DNA of 64,000 nucleotides from Octopus sinensis (lineage: Eukaryota), in contig NC_042997.1 of the NCBI RefSeq assembly GCF_006345805.1, positions 67,084,001-67,148,000 on the forward strand. The letters run 5' to 3'. Positions 37,091-53,312 of this stretch are shown one piece after another (positions within the stretch are counted from its first letter, which is position 1; the number at the start of each line of letters is the position of its first letter). Below the pieces are notes generated by a model. That model saw only the letters and a program-made list of their open reading frames with translations. It was not told the origin of the DNA and made no database searches. The translations under genes and the position numbers were made by a program.

Positions 37091-40000
37091 AACCTCCTAT
37101 TTTCCTTCAGATTTAAGAACTATAATTAGTTCATAGTTGTTTTTGCAAACATACTTTCATGTGCTTTCACTGCGATGGTTTTGTTAAGCAATGTCGATTT
37201 TTATAATTCTGTAAGCCATAATAATAGTATTTTAAAATTTAAAGCTTATAGCGATAACCGCGCAATGACTAAAGAAAATAGCAATGATCTGCATAGGTAT
37301 AGCCATTTTCAATAAATATGTTGACTAAAAAACATAATAATTTATAAGCAATAATGGTAGATCAATAGTAGAATCGACAGAGCAAAAAATTTTGCGGTGC
37401 TTAATCAGAATCTTTATGTCTTCTGTTCAATTACCACAGTGAGTCTACTTCACTTTTTTTATCATTCCTGTTTCGATAAAATAAGTATCACCCAAGTATC
37501 GTCATCGATTTAATCGACCTTGACCTCCCTCCGGTATCTATTGTCACGTGTTACTATTAGAAATAATGAAACAGATATAACTCTTGTATTGGATATATAT
37601 TTTTATGATGAATAATATTTACCGGGTGTATAAACTCGAATATTTTTCTCAGAAGAGAGTTTATAGAATTTCCTTTCCTTCTTTCTATCTTTCTTTTTCT
37701 TTTTCTTTTTCTCTTTTCTTTTTTCATTCCTTCTTTCTTTCTTTCTTTCATTCTTTCTTTCTTTTCTTTCGTTTTCCAATAAAACATTTCTATAAACAGT
37801 TGTTGCTGTTTAGTCCCGAAGTCAAACTTGATTGAGCTAACCTCTGATCACAAGCACCCACTAGTGAGTATTATAAGTTTTAAGGAACCTCAAAGAATCT
37901 GTTATCCAACGTACCTTTCTTTCATTAAGATAGCTAGGGTTTATTTGAGGTAGGTGTATCTGCCATTTCTAGCAGGTCGAACGATTATTCATAGGCTATC
38001 TTGGATTGTTCTAGTTAAAAAAAATATACGGATTAAATTTTTTTCCTTTTTGTCTGTCGATATCAAAGGCAACTAAAACATGTTAAGATATATTACATTT
38101 TCTTTGGAACCAACATATTTAAGGTACTCACTCCTCCCTTGGTCAGAATATCAGATTACTTTTGATTTCCTATTTGGAAAGTGGACATCTCTTCGTATTC
38201 GTTACTTCAAACCAGCGCTTTAAGTCCAGCACTTAAACCTAATGAAAAACCTGTTATATTTACCGTTTCGTGTACTTCGTACACAAGTTGTTTTAACAGA
38301 GACACAGATCTCGAACCAAAATACGATTTAATCTTTGCTTGAATTTCCGAGAAGAAATTATGATAATATTTCTGCTGACAGTAAGATGATAAATTTTTAA
38401 ATGCCACCTTTAATAAGAAATATATTCATTTTTGAAAGAATTAGAAAGTTAATAACTTTAGCTATAGCTTAATTTTCAGAAAAATAGATGTTAAGTGTTT
38501 TTTAATTGGATAAATTATTGAAATTTAGGTTGTCTTTCTCAGTGAAGATTTAATAAATAATTTCTTAGTATTGGTAAATTGAAAACGCTAAAGGTATTTT
38601 AGTTCATATCCTGCAAACTCAGTACATACATTGTGCAAAATTTACATTTACTTTGATAACTTCTCGGCAAACAAGTTTCCTAATCAAGGTTCTGTTTTCA
38701 TCATTATTATGTGTCTTTTTCAATGCCTTGAAGGAAACTTGGCTACTGTTTCTTGCTCATCAAGTAACCAAGTAAAAGCTCTCATATTTGAGAATATATG
38801 CGTTTATATTTCTGGCAGAAGATGAAAGTCAAAGGGAATTAATAAGTCGCAATGATTATTTTCATTCGCGATAATGAATGCTTTCATGAATTATTTTTAT
38901 AACATTTCCTAATCGCTGTGTGCCAACAAATATTCAAGTGGTAAATAATATATTTACGTTACAAACAGCAGAATTGACTATTTTACTGACTGGAGGATTT
39001 TGAAAATAAGGGACCTAAAAATAAATAGTTTGAGGTGGCAGAAAGAACTGTATTCAATAAAGACAAAATAGGTTTATGGCTGAATTAACTGCTTTACTCA
39101 CTGAAAATTTTAGTAAATATGCCGCTATTTTTATTATCTTTTGCCTTTCATCATATAGTCCGGTCTCTTGTATTTGCGAGTGAAATATTCATAGTCAACT
39201 TTTTTCAGTGGCCTACGAGGAAAAATAAACTATGATCAAAAACAGAATACGAACCTTATTTTTTCTTACGTTGCACATATGAACTCAATGAATTAATTCA
39301 AATGAGTTCATATTTTTCATTTCGTTTCTATAAATAGATTTCTTGCAAGCCAATTCGATCTGAGGATAGCGAGTAATGGACGGACAGAGAATCACGTCAT
39401 TTATTATAATATACATTATATGTAGAATTATTAGAGCAACTGAAGTCATCTTCATTTTTCATTATTCTGGGTTGATAAAATAAAGCACCAGTCATAAAAT
39501 AAAACACTTGTTAAGAGACCAACTGCAACAAAAAATTCTGACTGTGTATCCATGTTAGAAACGACTGTTACACACTGGTATACTCCGACTCGTCTCTAAG
39601 AGGAAGGTATTAGTTCAAATATATTCGTAAATAATTAACAAAAGATTTGTGAAACCTTCGGGGGCAAGGTCCTTAATCAAAAATTAAACCAGGAACAACT
39701 AACATCTGACATGATAGAAATTCAAATCTATTATTCTGTCGAACTAATATAACAACAGCTTACTTGATTACGTGGTTGCATTGAAAGAAGAAATTTAATT
39801 TCCATCTTGGTTAATTAATGAAATGAAAGCCTACCTAGAATGTAAATGACACCAAAGTTTAATCCTTAGGTCTGTATTATTAAAAGCTAAAGCAGATTCA
39901 TTTGGTTTACATTCGCTTTCGTTGATATCTCATGCTGTGCTATACAATGATTGGCTGGTGGGGGTGAGGAGGAAGAGAAGGAAGAGGGAAATAAACAAAC

Positions 40001-40377
40001 TGATATATAGCTATTTCTTGTTTCCTGATTATTGCATGCTGTAATCGAGCTATGAAATTAATTAGTCGACTCATGCAAACGAATTACATTTACGATACAT
40101 TTACAAGTCAGGGAATTTCAGACAGATGGCTCAACCTGGTAGAAACATCAACTAAATCTTTCTCAAATCACACCCTGTCGTCTTATATAAGGATAGGGCT
40201 CATTAATGTTGTCTTACACACCTCTAAAATGAAGATGGGATTATCATGGATGAATGCCTTTGTTAACAGGTCTGCTCGATCATGGTTAGTGAGGTTCAAC
40301 AACAACAACAGCAGCAGCAACAATATATGCTCTACAAAACCGAATGATACGAACGTTAGCAATCTATTTATTTGGTG

Positions 40378-40501
40378 GTACACTTAAGTTTCACGTGGCC
40401 TGCAGTAAAACTAACCAAAGCATTGTCAAGTTTAAAAGTACACTTAAGTTTCACATGGCCTGCTATAAAACTAGCCAAAAACATAGTTAAGAATAAAAGT
40501 A
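40378..40501. repeat. 2 x 60-bp tandem duplication
   Basis: gtacacttaagtttcac(g/a)tggcctgc repeated at a 60-bp offset. Confidence 0.85.
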
Positions 40502-40845
40502 ATTTTATCAAATATAGTCTATAACTAAAGATTTCTAGTCTCAATATTTTTTACACTCTATCTGAAAAAAAATCATCCTATAAAATTTTACAGTTAAATT
40601 ACACTAGAAAAAGTATTCTGTTTCAAATAAAATTATTCCAGCCTTGCGCCATGGAAACGTGTTGAGTCATTATTTTGTTTGACATCGTTTTACAACAAAC
40701 GAATGCCATGTTTTCATGCTTATATTACATTAAAGTTATGACAAATGTATTTTCTAACAGGAAACATCACAGTTAATTAATGTCTAAATATCTGAGACGA
40801 ATTAATAAGATTATAGTTTTTCGAACTAGTCAGCTCTTTTATGTA

Positions 40846-42207
<1,362 letters not shown>

Positions 42208-43289
42208 ATATATATATGTATTATGCATGTATGTGTGTGTGTGTGGGGGGGGGGGGGGGGTAGTGCGTGTGTGTGTTTTACATTTACACTAAATTTTAAT
42301 CTGTTTCTTCCCTGATCGTCATCGGATACTTTATTTATTAATATGAACACCCCGTACGGGACAAAATTCTATCTTAACCCCGTATAATAACATTCTCTTC
42401 CACAAGGTTAGAGATGCATCTGCATTCGAGTGTTTTAAACTTTAGTTTCAAAATTTTAAGCTGGTGCACTATGCACACGGAAGAGCGAGTTGGGGAGTGA
42501 GCAGGAGAACAACTGTCCTCTCAAAGTCGGACGGAACAATACTGAAAATTTAGGCAAAACATTAAGAAAAAATATCGGATAGGAAAAGACAAACGTTTAA
42601 CAAAATAGCAAAAGCAGGTAAATTAGGTGCCGGTCACTAGCGTAGCTAGGGGGCGGGGATGTAGGGGCGGTGTGCCCCGGGCGGCACTTTTAAAGGGCAC
42701 CACTTTTGGATCTGCTGTAGATATTTTGTGTTTTATGTAGGGGCCGGAGGCGGCACATACGCTAGTGGTGCTGGCAAATAGACAATCAAAGTTCTTGATA
42801 AACAGCCTTTCTAAAATTCTTCCCCCGCCCCTCATTCATTACTGGTTTCGCTATATCTGGTAGGCAACATCCCCGAGACTAGACTAAATCAGTCTATTTT
42901 GATTCAATTTAGTGAATCGAAGAAATTTATTCGGGTGTCGATTTTGAGAGATTTAAAAAGTGGGTGACTAAAACCTTTACCTTTGCTTAGCCATGACATT
43001 TACAAATGTAAAACCTTCATGCAAGCTCTTGTAATGTGTTCATGCATACTATTTATTTTAGTTTTCAAAACTTAAAAAAAGATTTTAAAAACCAGTTCAC
43101 AAAGCATGCAAATTGTGCTTGTTATTGGCAAGCCATGAGGAAGTGGATAATCTGCCGAGCGAACGGAAAACACGAAATATCGGTGTTAAGCTAAATATTG
43201 TTCATAACAGTCAGTAGTACAGAACACCGATCCAGTATGGATTCTTTTGGCCTCCACTCATAGCCATGTTACTTTAGTGCTGACCGACT

Positions 43290-43700
43290 ACCATACCATG
43301 CCGCCGTTAACGAAATCATAAAACATGGCGTAGATGCCACAAGCTTCTCTTCCCAGCTTGAGTCAGCGAGGGTAGACCGCGGGGACGGTAAAAGGCCTGA
43401 CGGTATGACAATCCTCTTGTTCTGTGACGATAGGCCCCTCATCTTAGATGTCACATGCTGTGACACACCCAGCGGAAACTTGTTTAACCACCAGCCCAGG
43501 GTCGGCTCCTGTCAGGCTGAGAAGAGCAAACTGTCAAAGTATCGGTCGCACTCTGACAGGTTTATAGTTGAGCCTGTGGCAATGGGAAGCTCCGACGTTC
43601 TCGACCTCTGGAACAAATCCCTACTCACCACTATCGAGGCGGAGATTGCTTTCCGCAAGTGCGAGCCTCGTGAGTCAGAGTGGTTGTTCTTCTTCGCCAT
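43290..43700 (+). mobile_element. CRE-like non-LTR retrotransposon RLE endonuclease remnant
   Basis: HAAVNEII..LESARVDRGDGKRPDGMT..LILDVTCCDT..AEKSKLSKY: restriction-like endonuclease PD..D motif typical of CRE-clade elements. Confidence 0.7.
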
Positions 43701-44205
43701 CCTTTTCTATTTTGTCTACTGGGACTTTGAGGTGGTCTGAATTACAAGAAACCGAGAGAATGTAAGAATTTCATAGCTTACTATATGAACAATAAACTTA
43801 TACAATCCCTTTAACATTGTGACTGAAACCATTGCCGGAAAATAAATTTTTATAATTAAGAATACTTGAAAATTATTTTCGAAATTCTATCGTTCACTTG
43901 CCATCAAAATAAACTCAGCGAAGTTATGTTGTGAAGAAGTAGTCAAGATATTTCTTTATCGTCGATGTATTGTTTGACGTCAGCAGGGTTGAGCATGATG
44001 CAAGATCAAATTCATGACTGAAGGGGAATTCATGAAATTTTCATTCGGCTCACTTTATAAAAATGCACTCGGGAAGCTGGAGCAGAAAAGCAACAAATCT
44101 ATCGGAGAATGTTTTGAAGTAAGATATGAGCAGTGTTCATAGAGGTTTGGCAATAAAGAAGTGTTTTTCGCTTGCACTTTACATTCATTATTATAGACAC
44201 ACATA

Positions 44206-44370
44206 AGGCAGCTAGCTAGCAGAATCGTTAGCACACCGGGCAAAGCAATATTTCATCTATCTTTACGTTCTGAGTTCAAATTCTACCGAGGTCGACTTTG
44301 CCTTTCATCCTTTCGGGGATTGATGGATTAAGAACCAGTTGAGCACTGGGGACGATATGATTGACTACCA
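44206..44370 (+). mobile_element. SINE family A
   Basis: Family head and gcctttcatcctttcgggg core. Confidence 0.85.
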
Positions 44371-46029
44371 TCTTGCTATCCAAGAAGTACTGAAAATACT
44401 GCAATGTCTTAAGAATCATTCAGAACCTCCACAACTTTCTAGATGCTAGTAGCAAATTACATGCACACTTTGGAAGCACAATGGTGAACAGTGTACAAAT
44501 TTCACGGATGCATAAATCTCAAAGTGCAACCAGAGGTCTTGTAGATATGATAAAATATAAATATATACGGATAACAGGGAATTATGGAATGCCATGTGCG
44601 ATTTTAACTTTTTGATTGGATTGCTTGCATTGAAAGTAATACAGCGAAACATAAAATGCTGCAGCAAATAACTGCAATGAAAATCTTTGCTTTGTAACCA
44701 CTACATTAGCTGCATTAACCAAGGCAACTTTTACTAATAGCAGAAATAAAAGGAAAACAAAAAGGGAAGAAAAAAGGTAAAAAATTCTGGAAGTGTGTTT
44801 TGAGATGCACTGGAAAGTTGTGTAAAATAACATTTTGCTAATTGTGTAGTCACAATTAAACAAAAGACTTAAAAACTGTTAAATCAGTCATTTCCTTCCT
44901 TACCTCCACTAACCAAAGGGTCCTAAACGCCCATGTCTGTATAAATCTTGGAATAAAATGCACGATAACGATCGGAGATAAAATCGATTGGAATACAAAT
45001 ATTAACGAAATTTTTAGTTCTAAAGATAAAGTAAATAGCCTGAAGTTGATGTACATATAAAAAGCAAAGTGAAAGGAGCTCCATCGGTTATGATGATAAT
45101 GATGATGATGAGTATTTAGTTGTTTAAACAACCGTATTATACGCTCACTTTATTAGCATTTAAGCGGCTGAGTATTCCGCAGACATTGTAATCGTCAGAG
45201 AGAATCTGTGCGTCTCAGTGTGTGACGCGGTGGGACCGTTGAATTACAGATATAATTCATTCGACATGCTTCTGCAGTTTCTGTCTATACTATTTCTCTC
45301 ACAAGGCTAAAGTGGAACCGAGGATATAGTAAGAGACCCCGAAGTAAATTTCGTAACCATTCAGTCATGCTCTGTGGTGTAAATGTACGCATGCAGACAA
45401 ACATGTGTATGAGGTGGTTTCCATATGTAACACAGTTGAGTTGAAAAACTTCGATTAATTGAGATTATCCTTGTAACTAGAAGACAAATCAGAACTTTTA
45501 TTAAGAGTTAATTTTAATCTAAAAAACACCAAGGAAAAGGGAAATTATAGACAGTGTAGTTACAAGTACATCTTTTCCTTAAAGTTGACTGGTGAAAATG
45601 ATTTTCGGTCTAATTATGTCTCATTAGCGAAACATATTCACTTCAATTAGTAAGTTTTAGAAGCGAGCAATATCTAACGAAACTGATGGAAATTTGTGAC
45701 ACTGATTATTAATATCAACTGTAGGGCAGAAGCAAAATACCCCTGATAAGTATTCCTCACTTCTTTCTTTTATATAGCATAGTCAGTTAAGAACAAGAGT
45801 AGAATTAGGGTGTACCCATGTAATTTGCAGGCCTTTAATTTGGTAAGTGCAGACTGGTTTGTTTAATATTGAGTTTGAACATCTGTAGGTCAATTTTTTT
45901 CCAAAAGAAATGGTCGGCCAGAGAATGCCGGTGGCTTGAAATTCTGGGCAAGGAAGGAATGTGTAAAGTATTTAAAAAAAATTTTACTTTCTAATTCTGA
46001 AAGGAGAGGCAGTACCCATGGACTTCTCA

Positions 46030-46385
46030 GTCTTGCTTAAAGTGTTGTGTGTCAACGACTGCAGGTTAGACATAAGGTTAGACATAAGCAGGGAGAGAAC
46101 TGTAGAGGGTCAACATTCTGGGTCGGCATAACTACGTTTAGCAGTTAGCGCGGGACTGAATGGTCGGGCGCAACATAAGATGTGGTGGTGATAGGAAGAG
46201 AGAGACGAAAAAATCAGGAATAACTGATTGGAAGCGGAAATAAACCCGCTTCGAGGATTAGAGACCATTGTAGTAGCAATAGGAAGAAAAAGCATGTCTG
46301 AGGGCCAAGAGCTGGAATGTGTCTGAGACCATTTAGTAGAGTTACCTTCCTCTAGATGCAGTGCTAGCTATGTTAGAGATGTTTG
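46030..46385 (-). mobile_element. Jockey/CR1-group LINE 3' remnant
   Basis: Minus-strand frames give L..TFQLLALRH..FSYCYYNGL..AGLFP, resembling the L.HRR..FYRYYNG RT C-terminal motif. Confidence 0.45.
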
Positions 46386-47047
46386 TTCGCCTCAACAAGA
46401 ACCTCAGTTGATAGAGAGACTTAGCATATGGAGCCATCGCGCGGACTTTCGTTGTTTGTTGTTCACCTTTAAGGAGATTGAGGTGCGTTGATACTTTTTT
46501 GTATATGAGCAGTGCACGTGTTTTTATGCTGTTGAAGGACACAAGATTAGCATGACTCGGTTGAAGGAGCATTTCGAGCTTTCTGTTTATGCAATCAGTG
46601 AAAGTTGGGCTTTGGCTGATTTATGTAATGATGAGGAGCAGGGCGGGTGTATTGACTGGTCCAAAGAATAAGCAAAAAGTTAATTCGCACAATTAGTAAC
46701 CATCGCTATTGTTATTGCAGCTACAATTGCTGTTACTGCTGCTGTTGTTTAGTTCTCAAATCAGTCCTGATCAAAGATGGTCCACCATGATCACACTCGT
46801 TTCAAATCTCTATTTCTAGAACGATATTACCCAGCGTTTCCCTTCCTTATTTAGTGTGGAAGGATACAATCTGAGGGAGGCTTGGTTGCCATTTCTAGCG
46901 GGTAGACTAACCATATACAGGTTTCTTCTTTGGTTCGAGATCACAAAAATTGTTTAGTTTCAGGTCAGACCTTGATGGCAGAGAGTCGGTCTTTTAAAGG
47001 GAATTTTGAGCTATATTATATAACGTTTCTTATTTAAGACGATAGAA

Positions 47048-47275
47048 AGGCTGCTAATTGGCAGAACCGTTAGTACGCCGGACAAAAATGCTTAGCGGCA
47101 TTTCGCTTATCTTTATGTTCTGAGTTCAAGTTCCACCGAAGTTAACTTTGCCGTTCATCTTTTTAGGGTCGATGAAATAAGAACCAGTTGAGTACTAGGG
47201 TAGATGTAATCAACTTACTCCTTCCTCCTTTCCTTGAAATTATTGGCCTTGTGCCAACATTTGCAGCTATTATTT
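47048..47275 (+). mobile_element. SINE family A, diverged
   Basis: Family head and core. Confidence 0.8.
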
Positions 47276-48724
47276 TAAACTATAAGGCATGATTTGAGAG
47301 ACTTTTGTAATGGTTATGTCTTGCCTTCGAATTACACTAACAACACCATGGGCTTCACCTGTGTTATACAGATGGAGGAGTTTCCGTAACAATTTCTTTG
47401 CCGATCTAACGTGCTTTAATGATACAAGTGAAAAGATCGCGTACGCCACTTTCTACAGTTTACGAACCTCTCTACTGTCGTTGCTGTTGATTGGTGAATT
47501 ATTTCAGCTGTTTTAGATAATGTCCTTCATCTCTACAGTTAACAGTATAAATGACAGTGAACTGTTTTGCATTTTATTTTTTAATTTATGGCTTTTGCTG
47601 AAAGAGAAATATGAAGGAACATACTTGATACATCTTCAGTAGACATTTCATTTCTATAATTCTCATCGGGTTTGCTTTCAGTGCAGTTAATGTAAGTTAG
47701 GAACCTTCATAAACCTAAAAGTTATTCGATTTATCTACAACTAGCAGGTTCATCAAAATACGCTACTTTTTGGAATTGCACGCAACTCTTCTTTTCTTTA
47801 GATTTGGGTTACTTGCTTCTTTAAAATTCTGATTTTAAAGGTAAGAATAAGAATCTTATTATGTACGATATTAAATTATCAGTAGAGTCAACAAGAACTG
47901 TCATACAGGTAATCTTTAAGTGTATTTTTAAATTATAAGCAAAATTTCCATTTTTGGCAACCTTCTAAAATAGTGCCTAGTTTTTTGAAAACTTTGTACT
48001 ACTTTTTATGAAATTGATCTGGTGATCTGATAGCAGCAGAGAATTCTGTAAACAGTTGAGTACGAGATCTCTACTTGTATTATTAAAACACTACAGATCG
48101 GCGGCGAAATTGTTTGGAAAACATCTCAATCTGCAAAACTAAGATGAAGCCATGACGTGGTTAGTGTAATTCGAAGCCAAAATCATTTTGCATGATGTAA
48201 AAAAGAATTTAAAAAAAAAAAGCCCTTTTTGTTGTCCACATTTGGTATTAAAGTCATTCTGAAACACAAAAGATTTTGAAGATGCCACGAACCTACAGAT
48301 AAAGAAAAAGATAAAGCAAAGCTAGGTAAAACCATTTGACCGAAAGTTAATAAGATAATAATAAGATTATTCATATCTAATAGGCTGAAAATGCTAGAAA
48401 CCAAACAATGTAACTGTGTCAATAAATGACTTTATTTCAAAAATACATTTATAAGTAACATTTTATGAAATGAATCCAATGAAGGAAAACTAGGTAAAAT
48501 AGATAATTAAACTGAATATTATATCCTATTGTAATCCTATTAATGAACGTATTAGACTTCGTTCGCAATCCGCCAAATTCAGGATGTGGTAAAGTTGTGT
48601 CATTAACATTAACAACAATAATACAGTCCGAAATTATTTGTTAAATTGAAAACAGATATCTATGAAGAAAAAAATTTATATTATCAAGGACTAGTTTAAA
48701 AGAACTTAATGTATTATATCAGAC

Positions 48725-50412
48725 GGAACAGTAAAAATACTTTCAAAATCAAATCGACAAAACCAAAAACGCAGCTGACAACAAACTGTCTTTCTTGGAG
48801 TGGCCGGAAGAAATATTCCAAAGCGAAGTTGAAGGGCTCTAGCCTACAGAAGAGACTGAGCAAGTGGAAAGACCATTTTCAAAACTTTCTTGGGAAGTCA
48901 TCGAGTACATCAAAGCAGCGGATCCATCGTATTGTTGAGGAGGTCCTGGGTATCAAGCAAGGACCATTCTCGACAGAAGAGCTTGAAGTCGTACTGAGGA
49001 AGACCAAAAACCGAAAAGCTGCAGGATTGGATGACATCCCTTCTGAAGTCTGGAAAAACGGAAATTTCAAAGACATTCTTCTCAAATCGTGCAATTCACA
49101 TTATCATCAAAGTCTGGACAGAAGGATGTATTCTGCCTTTCCCCCAAAAGGGGATCTGGGCCTTGCAATGAACTACAGTGGAAAGATTTACAATGCAACG
49201 CTACATAATCAAATCCAACATCAAATTGAAAGAGTTCTTTAAAAAATGGCTTCAGGAAGAGCCGCTCTACATCTGGTCAAATTCTCAGTTAGGCTGATGT
49301 TGGAAGGAGAACGAGCCAAAAACTTTGGGTCTTGCAATGAACTACAGTGGAATTGCATTAACACCAATTGCAGCGAAGATTTACAATGCAACGCTACATA
49401 ATCAAATCCAACATCAAATTGAAAGAGTTCTTTAAAAAATGGCTTCAGGAAGAGCCGCTCTACATCTGGTCAAATTCTCAGTTAGGCTGATGTTGGAAGG
49501 AGAACGAGCCAAAAACTTTAATGCAGTTCTGCTCTTTGTTGATTTCTCCAAGGCCTTTAACTCTGTACACAGAGATACGATTGCAGAAATCCTTAGGGCA
49601 TATGGAATCCCTGATGAAACAATACATGCAGTAATGATGCTGTATAAGGACACTCGAGCGAAAGTGCGGGCACCAGATGGAGCTACTGACTTCTTCGATG
49701 TTCATGTGGGAGTAGTGCAGGGTGACACACTAGCTCCTTGTTCATCCTGTGTCTCGATTATGTATTGCGATCAGCACAATGATCCGGGTTTCACTTTACA
49801 GAAGTCTAGAAGCAGAAGATATCTGACCACCTACTTGACTGACGCCGATCATGCTGATGACAGCGCTCTTTGCAGACAACACAAAAGATGCTGAACGTTT
49901 ACTCCATCTTCTAGAAAATGCTGCCGCTAACAGGACAATATGTGAATGAAAAGAAGACAGAGTTTATCCTCCTAACAGTTCTTCAGAGCAGTTGTTGAAC
50001 CTGTGCTTGTATATGGATCTCCGACTTGAACTCTAATCAAGAGGCTCAGGTGCATGTTGGACGGTGCCTACACCAGAATGTTACGTGCAGTGCTCAGCAT
50101 CTCTTGGAGGGAGCACTCAACAAAACAATGGTTATACGAGAATGTATCAACTTTCTCATCAACCATCCAAAAGCGTAGATTGATATGTTTGATGTCCACT
50201 GCTGGAGAAGTAAAGAAAAACTTGTGAGTAATGTGTTGCTGTGAACACCAAATCATGGTACCACAGCAGCTGGAAGACCACGGAAGACGTATATACAACA
50301 GCTTGCAGAAGATGTTGGATGCCAAGTTGAACACCCAAAAACACTAATGGAAGATCGGGAGGGGTGGAGAGAGGCAGTCAGGCTGGCCCGGGCAGTCAGC
50401 TTGACTGGATGA
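48725..50412 (+). mobile_element. RTE-clade LINE, 5'-truncated, RT pseudogene with internal ~170-190-bp tandem duplication (49155-49519)
   Basis: KAAGLDDIP, FVDFSKAFNSV, GVVQGDTLAP, DHADD, VEPVLVYGS, LDGAYTRMLR, MEDREGWR. Confidence 0.9.
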
Positions 50413-53048
50413 TGTCCGAATTAAAAAAGGAATTAAAAGCCGCACTCTGTGCGAACTTTTAAGCTAGCTCCTGCGGAGGGCTAATTGGGACTACGGTCCA
50501 AAACCAAAAAGAGCAACTATTGAATAAAAGCTCCTGAATGAATGAAGCACAGTTCTCTTCTCTACAAATGGCCTAAATGTATGTGTGTGTGTGTGTGTGT
50601 GTGGTGTGTGTGTGTGTGTGTATCATAAAAACACTACCGATGGACTTGATTGAAGAACAAGGTATATAGAAACAAAAAAAAATAATCCAAGCAAATAATT
50701 GGCGTAATGTAACCAATTAATAAACAGTTAATGTCGTGAGAGACCATTCCTTAGTTGAAAATGATTTCATCCTCCATAAAAACGTTCAGTTTCCTCCAAA
50801 ATCTTTCAGAGTAAATACTCTTGGGCATTTATCAAACAGAGAAGAAGGCAAAGAATTGTATATGGTAGTCTGGCTTATCTTAATCTCTCAAACAATATGC
50901 TTGGAATGTAAAAAGAAATCGATTTTGAAGAACACCAAGTTTTAACAACTGGAACGTCAATAAGGCTTGGAAAAGAATTCATAACGCTAAGGCAGTCGTA
51001 AGAGATATTGGAAACATTCTCACAACTGTCGGCTGGTTTCTTTCGTTGATTTCGTTGTTCTAATAGCATTTGGCGGGATAGTAAAGCGTAAGTTAACCGA
51101 AATATTCTCAAATTTACCCTTGAAAATGATGCTGAATATATCATCTAAAGCAATTACATAACCCAGTTGGTTACAATGAGTTAAAATTCGCATCGTATCA
51201 CTTCAAAATAATTGGTACTGCAGAAAGAGTGGTTCAAACATTAAAGCAAGCAATAAAATATTATCATCCCAGAATTTATTACTTTGATTTATATGCATAC
51301 AAAAACGTTTTCAGTCACAGAATTATCACAGGTAGTTGTAGAATGTCTCAAACAGAGAAATTAATTGGAAGAAACCTACGAGATGCTAGAAACCTATGTT
51401 TTGAAAGTGGCAAGCAGAATTCATATAATTATAAGTTGGTGCTATGTACTGCTGCTGTATACTATTATGTTGTTCATGCCAGACATTCTATTGTTTGATT
51501 AAAGAGGCGAGAACGGTGTGCATCTGAATTTGTTTAAATTGAACAGCTACTTCAATTGTTGACATTAGCAAGCAAAAATAATTCAACCCTTTTAATAAAT
51601 TACAACAGACTATAGTGATATATGAGAAGATGAGCAATTAAGGGTTGTCATGTCACAGTGATATGTCACATAAAAAATGTTATATCACCAATCACTAATT
51701 TTCTCAGAAGTTCGTGAAGAAATACAGAAATGTTTGCGTTTGTAGTTGTCATCGTGTTTATTTTGAATGCTTTCATTATGAATTACAGGCCTTGATTAGT
51801 TACTGTATTCCTAAAATTGATAGCGAGTTCTATAAGCGTTGACTAAGAAAGGGGGGCGGGATAAAGAGCCTTCTGAAAGAAGCGTACGCGGTTTCTCCAC
51901 TCTACCACTAAAATACAATTCTTAAAATAGATTCGCTCACCTACTTAACTACCTCGAGTTAAATCTTTTTCATTTCTCTGGCATCAGGAGAAATTTCAAG
52001 TTTAAAATGGAAATATGTTTGATATTGAAAGGATTAAGAAACTACTGGGAGACACGGATTACTCTTTTTGTGATGCACTTTCCAAAAATATCGCATATAT
52101 TCGTGCACGTACGCATGTGTATCTTTGTACTTGTGTAATATCACAAATATATTTTTCAACATATCTATGTCTCTCTCAGATTAAAGATGAAATCTCCCCG
52201 ATTTCAGAGAAGTATCTGTTGCATAGAATATATTACATTTTTATATATGTATTAGAATAAAGATAAGACAAATGTCTTTTGTAATATCATATGTTACATT
52301 TATGTGTTACTAAAGAATTAAAGACAAACACTTGTCCTTTCTGTCCAATCTCATCAAAGAATAGTTTTCTTGAAGTGATTTTTAGATGGAACAGAACAAA
52401 TAGTTAAATACTTCAGAAAACCAGAAATGCCCCTCAATACTAGGCTTCTATTACAATTTTGAATTGATTCCTAGAAGTAAATTCCAAAATCATGTCATTT
52501 CTATACGATATTTTGATGATACATACATACATATATACATACATGCGCACATACATACATACATGCGCACATACATACATACATACATACATACATACAT
52601 ACATACATACATACATACATACACACATCCATCCATCCATACATAAATACATACATACATCCATACATAAATACATACATACATACATACATACATACAT
52701 ACATACATGCACACATACTATCTGCTATCTCAAGCGGTCGAGCGTCCATCATTGATAACACCAAGGAAGGTCGAAATCACGTGATCTTGGTGGTCTCGGC
52801 GCTGGAGATGGCGGTGATTTATCTTCCCGCTAGTGATATGGACATGAGTGCATTTTACACCGAAAGGCAATATGAGAATTTCTCTCGTGCTATCTATCGC
52901 AGTATAGTTTGTTCTAATAGAACATCCCCGTTTAAGTGGGGGATAGAAATTACCCCTTGTTGAAACGTTGGAACCTCAAGCAGTTAAGTTACAAATAATA
53001 GCGAGTAAATATTGGTTTAGAAACTTCTTTAGGCAGAAAACGTCGAAG

Positions 53049-53130
53049 GGTGCCCGTGGAACTCGATTCCACATCTCTTGTAAAGATGGCAGGTGTGCCA
53101 ACATGGTCGGTGTACCACTGCACCAAAGCA
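53049..53130 (-). other. tRNA-derived unit related to 37015-37090
   Basis: Minus strand TGGTGCAGTGG..gcacacctg..acaagagatgtGGAATCGAGTTCCacggg. Confidence 0.4.
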
Positions 53131-53281
53131 ATCGAATTTCTCTATCAATTTTAGAAAGTTTACTCTTACCAGCGACGCCTGAGGAGTTTATAAACTCCGA
53201 TAGAATATGTACTCTTAAGTCTTACAGACTTATAAATTCTCCTGACGTCTGTAATACATACACACTCACACACACACACAC

Positions 53282-53312
<31 letters not shown>

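Noticed and set aside
42635-43000. GC-rich hAT-MITE-like end
   Set aside because: No convincing matching TIR or TSD found.
49611-49622. CTGATGA matches at 49611, 49854, 60909, 63842 and 22749
   Set aside because: No flanking helices or correctly placed GAAA; consistent with chance or with RT codons.
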